Shown piece by piece: positions 27,008-32,000 of a stretch of DNA of 32,000 bases. The first letter of the stretch is position 1. Each line of letters opens with the position of its first letter. Source of the stretch: Breznakia sp. PF5-3 (GTDB taxonomy: Bacteria > Bacillota_I > Bacilli_A > Erysipelotrichales > Erysipelotrichaceae); the NCBI RefSeq assembly GCF_029504745.1, contig NZ_JAQFIQ010000027.1, forward strand, positions 1,418-33,417. Direction: 5' to 3'. Made by a program: the position numbers and the translations under genes. The notes under the pieces are model-generated. The model did no database searches and was not told the origin of the DNA. It saw only the letters and a list, made by a program, of their open reading frames with translations.

Positions 27008-28285
27008 ATGAAGAGGCGGCAGATTGATACAAAGTATATAAAGCAGCTTAAGGAAGGCGATGAGTCTGCTTTTAACAAGGTTTTTGATTTTTACAAGGAT
27101 TCAATCTATTTTTTCGCATTGTCATATGTGAAAAATAGAGCGGATGCAGAGGAAGTAGTTCAAGAAGTATTTATTCAAGTATTAAAAAGTATACATACAC
27201 TAAAGAAGCTTGATTCTTTTGGATCGTGGTTGCATAAAATTGCTTATTATATGGCGATTAGTATTCAGCGCTCAAAAGGAAATCAACATATCCAATTAAA
27301 TGAAGAATACGATATAGAGAATATGGTAGTGGAGAAAGAAGGACCAGACAAGATGTTATCGAAGAATGAAATGGTGGAAAGGGTGCGTGAGGAGATCGAG
27401 AAGATGCCCCCCAAACTGACTAGGATAGCACAATTACGGTATTTTGAGGATTATTCAACAAGAGAAATTGCAGAAATTGTTGATATTCCAGAAGGAACGG
27501 TAAAATCAAGATTAAATAAAATAAGAAGAATGATGAAGCCGATTTTAGAGACAAATGGAATATCACCAAGCAAATATTTCTCATTTGCACTTACACCACT
27601 TATTGTGGAGGCAATGCAGTTGATAATGAATAAAAATAGTATGCCACAGGATGTAGGGGTTGGAATAAAATCACATGTATTAGCTAATGCTGGAAGCATA
27701 TGGCAAGAGTTAGCGAGCAATGAAAGTGTTCGTCAGGGGTTATCAAATATGACCAAAGCAGGATTAGCTTTAGCTACAGGTGGAGCTGGACTAATAGGAC
27801 TCAATGTTTTAAATGAACAACAAGGGATGCATATTGAAAAGGTGAATATACCAACTGAAATTTCTAAATATCCAATTGATGTGGAAATCCAAGTAGATAA
27901 AAACATTAATGATGAACATGTGGAAGTTGCCCATGAAAATGAAAACATCCACTTTGATGTGGAGAATGATAGACTCATTTTTGAAGCCAAAGAAGATGGT
28001 GATTATACAATTCAAGTAGATAATGATAAAATGATTATTCATGTAGAGAATGATGGAAGGAAACCACCTATATTTGTAGAAGTAGAACAAACAGAAGGTG
28101 GAATTCAATTGAATGTAGTAAAAGGCGAACGAATTTTGAATTATGATGATTCTTATATTATCTATCAAGGAGAGCAATATTCTTTTGATGAGCATGGTTT
28201 TATAGAAGGTGAGTTTGAAGGCGATATTCAGATTTATATTGTTGAAGAGGATGGACCAACAACCCAAATTCACCAACAAATTTAA
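27008..28285 (+). CDS. ECF-type sigma factor fused to a hydrophobic (predicted TM) span and a beta-rich C-terminal domain (SF2, 425 aa), paralog of SF1
   Basis: Region 2 is FYKDSIYFFALSYVKNRADAEEVVQEVF...FGSWLHKIAYY. Region 4 is IAQLRYFEDYSTREIAEIVDIPEGTVKSRLNKIRR. The hydrophobic span is KAGLALATGGAGLIGLNVL (aa ~249-268). The ~155-aa C-terminal part is collinear with SF1 but much more diverged. ATG 27008 lies 5 nt after AAGGAG. The track start 26954 is TTG inside the putative promoter. Confidence 0.8.
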   Translation: MKRRQIDTKYIKQLKEGDESAFNKVFDFYKDSIYFFALSYVKNRADAEEVVQEVFIQVLKSIHTLKKLDSFGSWLHKIAYYMAISIQRSKGNQHIQLNEEYDIENMVVEKEGPDKMLSKNEMVERVREEIEKMPPKLTRIAQLRYFEDYSTREIAEIVDIPEGTVKSRLNKIRRMMKPILETNGISPSKYFSFALTPLIVEAMQLIMNKNSMPQDVGVGIKSHVLANAGSIWQELASNESVRQGLSNMTKAGLALATGGAGLIGLNVLNEQQGMHIEKVNIPTEISKYPIDVEIQVDKNINDEHVEVAHENENIHFDVENDRLIFEAKEDGDYTIQVDNDKMIIHVENDGRKPPIFVEVEQTEGGIQLNVVKGERILNYDDSYIIYQGEQYSFDEHGFIEGEFEGDIQIYIVEEDGPTTQIHQQI

Positions 28286-28289
28286 TATT

Positions 28290-28323
28290 AAAAAAAGGCA
28301 ATTACTAGATGGTAATTGCTTTT
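28290..28323. terminator. bidirectional terminator between convergent SF2 and rarA
   Basis: AAAAAAA-GCAATTAC (28298-28305)-loop-GTAATTGC (28312-28319)-TTTT. Confidence 0.65.
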
Positions 28324-29587
28324 AACGTTTTTTTAGATTTGCCAATTTTGAGGTTCTTTGTTTCTGTTTTAATTTTTTCCAATTAGAGGCCAATGCTTTT
28401 TCATATTGGCTATTTTCATTTGGGTGATAGAAAGATTCATTCTTTAGCTCATCAGGCAAATATTGTATTTGATCTACTAGATCTAGTCGTGAATAATCAT
28501 ATTTATCCTCTTCCTTCATGCCTACAGGAGTAAGACGTAAATAAGATGGAACAGGATATGCATGATTTTTGATATGTGGCTTCACATTATCAATAGCATT
28601 GATTGCAGATTTACTCTTTGGTGACAAGCAAAGATCAATGATTGTATGAGCCAATGGGATGCGACCTTCAGGAAATCCAACTCGTTTGGATGCATCAATT
28701 GCCTGAATGCATCGACTTACAGCAGCTGGATTGGCGAGACCAATATCTTCATAAGCGGTTACGAGAAGCCTTCGTTCAATAGATTCTAAATCGCCAATTT
28801 CAATAAGAATTGCTAAATAGTATAGTGCTGCATCCACATCACTTCCACGAATAGATTTTTGAAAAGCACTCAGCAAATCATAATGATAATCTCCATCACT
28901 ATCAGAACTGATGTTAGGAATAAAGGCATACTTCTCTACTAGCTCTTCATCAATATCATTGCTAGCAACACTACAGATTTCTAAAATATTCAAAGCATAA
29001 CGAATATCTCCATTGCTTTGGGTTGCAATAAGCGCTAATGCTTTATCAGATATCTTTACTTTATCATTTAATCCATCCGGGCTTTTTACAGCTCGTTTTA
29101 ATGCTTCAACAATATCCTCTTTTTGTAACGCTTTGATTTCAAAAAGATGGGTACGACTACGAATTGCTGGATTGATTGAAAATAAAGGGTTTGCCGTTGT
29201 AGCACCAATCATGATAATACTACCATTTTCAATATGTGGTAATAAAAGATCTTGTTTATCTTTATTTAAGCGGTGAACTTCATCAATGATGACAATCATC
29301 CCAGGGAAGAATTTTGCTTCTTCAAAGATGATATCCAATTCTTTTTTATTTCCAGTTACAGCATTAAACAATCGATATTTTATATCCAATTCATTTGCTA
29401 AAACCATTGCTAGAGTAGTTTTACCAGTTCCTGGAGGTCCATAAAAAATCATTGAAAACAATTGTTTTTCTTCTAAACAGCGAGTAATTATTTTGTTTTC
29501 TCCAATTAGATGTTTTTGCCCGATGATATCCTCTATTTTTTGAGGACGCATTCGAAACGCTAAAGGTTTTTTTATCGTATTTTCCAT
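28322..29587 (-). CDS. rarA: replication-associated recombination protein A (AAA+ ATPase, MgsA/RarA)
   Basis: 421 aa with PLAFRMRPQKIEDIIGQKHL, Walker A GPPGTGKTT, Walker B IIDEVHR, and a C-terminal MgsA domain (HYDLLSAFQKSIRGSDVDAALYYLA). Confidence 0.9.
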   Translation of the reverse strand: MENTIKKPLAFRMRPQKIEDIIGQKHLIGENKIITRCLEEKQLFSMIFYGPPGTGKTTLAMVLANELDIKYRLFNAVTGNKKELDIIFEEAKFFPGMIVIIDEVHRLNKDKQDLLLPHIENGSIIMIGATTANPLFSINPAIRSRTHLFEIKALQKEDIVEALKRAVKSPDGLNDKVKISDKALALIATQSNGDIRYALNILEICSVASNDIDEELVEKYAFIPNISSDSDGDYHYDLLSAFQKSIRGSDVDAALYYLAILIEIGDLESIERRLLVTAYEDIGLANPAAVSRCIQAIDASKRVGFPEGRIPLAHTIIDLCLSPKSKSAINAIDNVKPHIKNHAYPVPSYLRLTPVGMKEEDKYDYSRLDLVDQIQYLPDELKNESFYHPNENSQYEKALASNWKKLKQKQRTSKLANLKKR

Positions 29588-29607
29588 ATATCTATTTTAT
29601 CATACTA

Positions 29608-30168
29608 TTACAAAAATAAATGCTCAATTAAGATTTTGATACCTAAAAAGACAAGAATGGAGCCACCGAATATTTCAGCATATTTTTGAAAGATAGTACC
29701 TAATTGTTTACCCATAAATACACAAAATAAACTTAATATAAATGTAACGATACCAATAATGGAACTTGCATAGATAATATTAACATTTAAAAAAGCAAAA
29801 CTAACACCTACTGCAAGTGCATCAATACTAGTAGCAATACCTAAGACGATGATATCTTTAAAGGTAAGTGATGTATCACATTTTTCTTCTTTCATTGTCA
29901 ATGATTCCTTAATCATTTTAATACCTATAATAAATAATAAAATAAAGGCAATCCAGTGATCTATACTTTGGATATATGAGGTGAACTTTGTTCCACATAG
30001 ATATCCAATAATTGGCATAAGTGCTTGGGAAAACCCAAATGTAAAAGCAAGAATAAAGGCGTATTTTTTTGTTTCTTCTTTTTTAAAACACATTCCTTTA
30101 GCAATGGATACAGCGGATGCGTCCATAGCTAAACCAACGCCGGTTAAAATAATTGTAATAATATCCAT
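29608..30168 (-). CDS. mntP: manganese efflux pump MntP
   Basis: 186 aa, six-TM duplicated-domain protein with GLAMDASAVSIA and SIDALAVGVSFA motifs. A yybP-ykoY riboswitch lies immediately upstream. Confidence 0.88.
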   Translation of the reverse strand: MDIITIILTGVGLAMDASAVSIAKGMCFKKEETKKYAFILAFTFGFSQALMPIIGYLCGTKFTSYIQSIDHWIAFILLFIIGIKMIKESLTMKEEKCDTSLTFKDIIVLGIATSIDALAVGVSFAFLNVNIIYASSIIGIVTFILSLFCVFMGKQLGTIFQKYAEIFGGSILVFLGIKILIEHLFL

Positions 30169-30186
30169 AATAATGTCTCCTTTTAA

Positions 30187-30306
30187 GAAAAAAAGACTTA
30201 TACGAAAAAATCGTATAAGTCTCGTTTTTTACAATAAGCCAGATCTGAAAAGATCAATATGTTGACTTAAACACTTGTCGAAAGACAAGATAACTACTCC
30301 CTTATG
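30187..30306 (-). promoter_or_regulatory. yybP-ykoY (Mn2+) riboswitch with terminator expression platform
   Basis: The minus strand reads AUAAGGGAGUAGUUAUCUUGUCUUUCGACAAG...GUCAACAUA...GGCUUAUUGU...CGAGACUUAU. It has the conserved GGGAGUAG and GAGAC blocks and AUAAG/CUUAU closing pairing. Next comes terminator AGACTTATACGA/TCGTATAAGTCT plus a U-run (plus-strand 30187-30222), whose 5' arm overlaps the aptamer 3' strand. Confidence 0.8.
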
Positions 30307-30314
30307 ACTATGCT

Positions 30315-30343
30315 ATTATATCAATATTTAAAAGAAGATTCAA
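30315..30343 (-). promoter_or_regulatory. sigma-A promoter of the riboswitch-mntP transcript
   Basis: Minus strand TTGAAT (30343-30338), 17 nt, TATAAT (30320-30315). The aptamer starts about 10 nt downstream. Confidence 0.65.
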
Positions 30344-30393
30344 TGAAAAGTTTCTTTCCAACATTTATGGTATAGTAAAGGCAGGTGATAAAA

Positions 30394-31356
30394 ATGAAAC
30401 AAATTCGTTATGGTATTCTTAGTGCAGCAACGATTGCACCAAGATTTATGAAAGGTGTAGAACTTAGTAAATATGGTGTGTTAGAAGCAGTAGCTTCTAG
30501 AGATTATAAAAGAGCGGAAGAGTTAGCAAATCGTTTTCATATTAAAAAAATATATGCTGATTATGATGCATTGTTTATGGATGAAGAAATCGATATTATC
30601 TATATTCCAACACCAAACTTTTTACATTATGAGCATTGTATGAAAGCTTTGAAAGCTGGTAAACATGTTGTTTGTGAGAAGCCTTTTATGTTGGAGGAAA
30701 AGCAGGCTAAAGAGGTTTTTGCTTATGCTAAAAAGAAACATCTCTTTGTTATGGAAGCACAGAAATCAGTGTTTTTACCAATTACAAAATGGTTGAAGCA
30801 AGCAATCTTAGAAGAATTGATAGGAACAATCGATTTTGTTCGTCTATCTTCGTATTATGCAGCAGGGGATGATAAGAGTAACTGGATGTATAGCCATCAA
30901 AAGGGTGGTGGGGTTTTTTATGGAAGTGGAAGTTATACAATTGAATATATGAAATATTTGTTTGATAAACCGATTGTTTCTTCGCAAGGAAGTGCGTTAA
31001 TTGGACCAACGGGAGTGGATGAAATAGGAACAATAAATCTAAATATAAATAATCAACATTTAGTGACAACAACGATTTCTAGATATGCTCCACTAGAGCA
31101 GGAAGCAATTTTCTATGGTCGTATAGGAAAGATTAAAATACCATATTATTGGCGTCCTAAACAAGCAATTATTGAATATAATGATGGAGAAAGTAAACTT
31201 ATTGAAATGGATTTTGAAAGTGAGTTTGTGTATGAAGTAGATCATATTAATGAATGTCTTGATAAGGGTCTATTAGAGAGCCCTATTATGCGACAAGAAA
31301 TCACTTTGGAATGTATAAAAATCATTGAAGATATTGTAAGAAAAGGGTATCGATAA
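30394..31356 (+). CDS. Gfo/Idh/MocA-family NAD(P)-dependent oxidoreductase
   Basis: N-terminal Rossmann IRYGILSAATIA, the family motif HVVCEKPF (EKP), about 320 aa. ATG 30394 follows AGGTGA. Confidence 0.8.
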   Translation: MKQIRYGILSAATIAPRFMKGVELSKYGVLEAVASRDYKRAEELANRFHIKKIYADYDALFMDEEIDIIYIPTPNFLHYEHCMKALKAGKHVVCEKPFMLEEKQAKEVFAYAKKKHLFVMEAQKSVFLPITKWLKQAILEELIGTIDFVRLSSYYAAGDDKSNWMYSHQKGGGVFYGSGSYTIEYMKYLFDKPIVSSQGSALIGPTGVDEIGTINLNINNQHLVTTTISRYAPLEQEAIFYGRIGKIKIPYYWRPKQAIIEYNDGESKLIEMDFESEFVYEVDHINECLDKGLLESPIMRQEITLECIKIIEDIVRKGYR

Positions 31357-31360
31357 TTGT

Positions 31361-31387
31361 TTAGCACTTCAATTGACAAAGCGCTAA
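31361..31387 (+). promoter_or_regulatory. CIRCE-like inverted repeat (possible HrcA operator) overlapping the hsp20 promoter
   Basis: TTAGCACTT-N9-AAGCGCTAA versus the CIRCE consensus TTAGCACTC-N9-GAGTGCTAA (8/9 and 7/9). The spacer contains TTGACA (31373-31378), with TATACT (31395-31400) 16 nt downstream. Confidence 0.45.
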
Positions 31388-31470
31388 TACAGAGTATACT
31401 ATAGAATTGTAGTTAGGGTATATACTCTAACGGTAAGTATTTTATTTTGGAAGGAAAAGAGGCGATATTT

Positions 31471-31887
31471 ATGAAATTCTTACCAAGTTTTAACGTATTT
31501 GATGATGTGTTTGATGATGCATTCAGAGGTTCATTCTTTAGTAAACCAGCTACTAATATGAAAACAGATATTAGTGAAAAAGATGGAAACTATTTCTTGA
31601 ATATGGAGTTGGCAGGTTATGATAAAGATGATATCAAAATTGCATTAAAAGATGGTTACTTAACCGTAACAGCAACTAAAAAAATGAATGATGAAAAGAA
31701 AGATGATGAAGGAAATGTGATTCGTCAAGAGCGATACAGTGGTACATGCTCACGTAGCTTCTATGTATCTGATGCAGTAAAAGAGGATGATATTAAAGCT
31801 AAATTTGAAAATGGTGAGCTAAAGATCACCGTTCCAAAAGCAGATAAAAAAGAAATTGAAACAAATAAATACATTTCAATCGAATAA
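31471..31887 (+). CDS. Hsp20/alpha-crystallin small heat-shock protein
   Basis: 138 aa with alpha-crystallin domain blocks (MKTDISEKDGNYFLNMELAGYDKDDIKIALKDGYLTVTA...RSFYV...I.AKFENGELKITVPK). ATG 31471 lies 8 nt after AAAGAGG. Confidence 0.88.
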   Translation: MKFLPSFNVFDDVFDDAFRGSFFSKPATNMKTDISEKDGNYFLNMELAGYDKDDIKIALKDGYLTVTATKKMNDEKKDDEGNVIRQERYSGTCSRSFYVSDAVKEDDIKAKFENGELKITVPKADKKEIETNKYISIE

Positions 31888-31905
31888 AGAAAGCCAGGTA
31901 CTATC

Positions 31906-32000
31906 TGAAGTGCACCCCGTTATTTGGACACCCAAATAAAAGGAGGTGCATTTTTATATGTCGAAGTTACTAAGAGAACAGAAGATACAATTATACAAAG
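31906..32000 (+). mobile_element. probable left end of an IS3-family (IS150-group-like) insertion sequence, truncated by the window edge
   Basis: The terminal sequence TGAAGTGCACCCCGTTATTTGGACACCC resembles IS3/IS150-type left inverted repeats (TG...ACCCC....TTGGAC) as remembered. SD AAAGGAGGTG is followed by ATG 31958, encoding MSKLLREQKIQLYK, like the N-termini of IS3-family OrfA HTH proteins. Only 14 codons are visible. Confidence 0.35.

Noticed and set aside
27451-28279. Three minus-strand ORFs (27451-27720, 27733-27990, 27809-28279) antisense to SF2. Similar ones are antisense to SF1 and the surface protein (24038-24244, 24747-25106, 25103-25300, 26099-26500).
   Set aside because: The sense-strand proteins carry clear sigma, repeat or signal-peptide features. 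The antisense peptides are low-complexity mirror images without SDs.
29981-30265. 94-aa plus-strand ORF.
   Set aside because: It is antisense to mntP and to the yybP-ykoY riboswitch and terminator, which explain this sequence fully.
1-32000. Looked for CRISPR arrays, tRNA and rRNA genes, integrases and toxin-antitoxin pairs.
   Set aside because: I found no regularly spaced direct repeats, no cloverleaf-like or rRNA-like conserved segments in the intergenic regions, and no integrase or TA-like ORFs. The only repeats found are those listed above.

Overview
AT-rich chromosomal segment with strong Shine-Dalgarno sites and gene orders typical of a low-GC Bacillota genome (tmk-holB-ricT-rsmI and rnmV-rsmA-ispE). 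I cannot assign a genus from sequence alone. About 27 kb is ordinary housekeeping and ion homeostasis. It includes a partial L-lactate permease, a GNAT gene overlapping a SEDS (FtsW/RodA) gene, and an M-box riboswitch with terminator ahead of an MgtA-type P-type ATPase. It also includes a PhoP/PhoR-like two-component system followed by phased Pho boxes and pstSCAB-phoU, then a second OmpR/HK pair plus a lipoprotein. Further genes are a DUF695/RraB-like protein, a radical-SAM protein, aroD, rarA, mntP behind a yybP-ykoY (Mn) riboswitch, a Gfo/Idh/MocA oxidoreductase and an hsp20 gene with a CIRCE-like operator. A probable IS3-family left end sits at the right edge. The one clearly accessory stretch (about 22.95-28.32 kb, between aroD and rarA) is the interesting part. 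It holds three tandem paralogous units, each preceded by the same ECF-type promoter motif TGAAC-N18-GTCTAA. Unit 1 is a truncated sigma region-4-only ORF. Unit 2 is a 438-aa ECF sigma fused in one chain to a hydrophobic span and a beta-rich C-terminal domain, co-transcribed with a Listeria-Bacteroides-repeat surface protein. Unit 3 is a 425-aa paralogous sigma fusion preceded by a ~320-nt non-coding, terminator-ended leader. No separate anti-sigma gene is visible. I read this as a candidate one-component, membrane-tethered, autoregulated ECF sigma signalling system; novelty can only be confirmed by database searches I cannot run. No rRNA, tRNA or CRISPR array was recognised.
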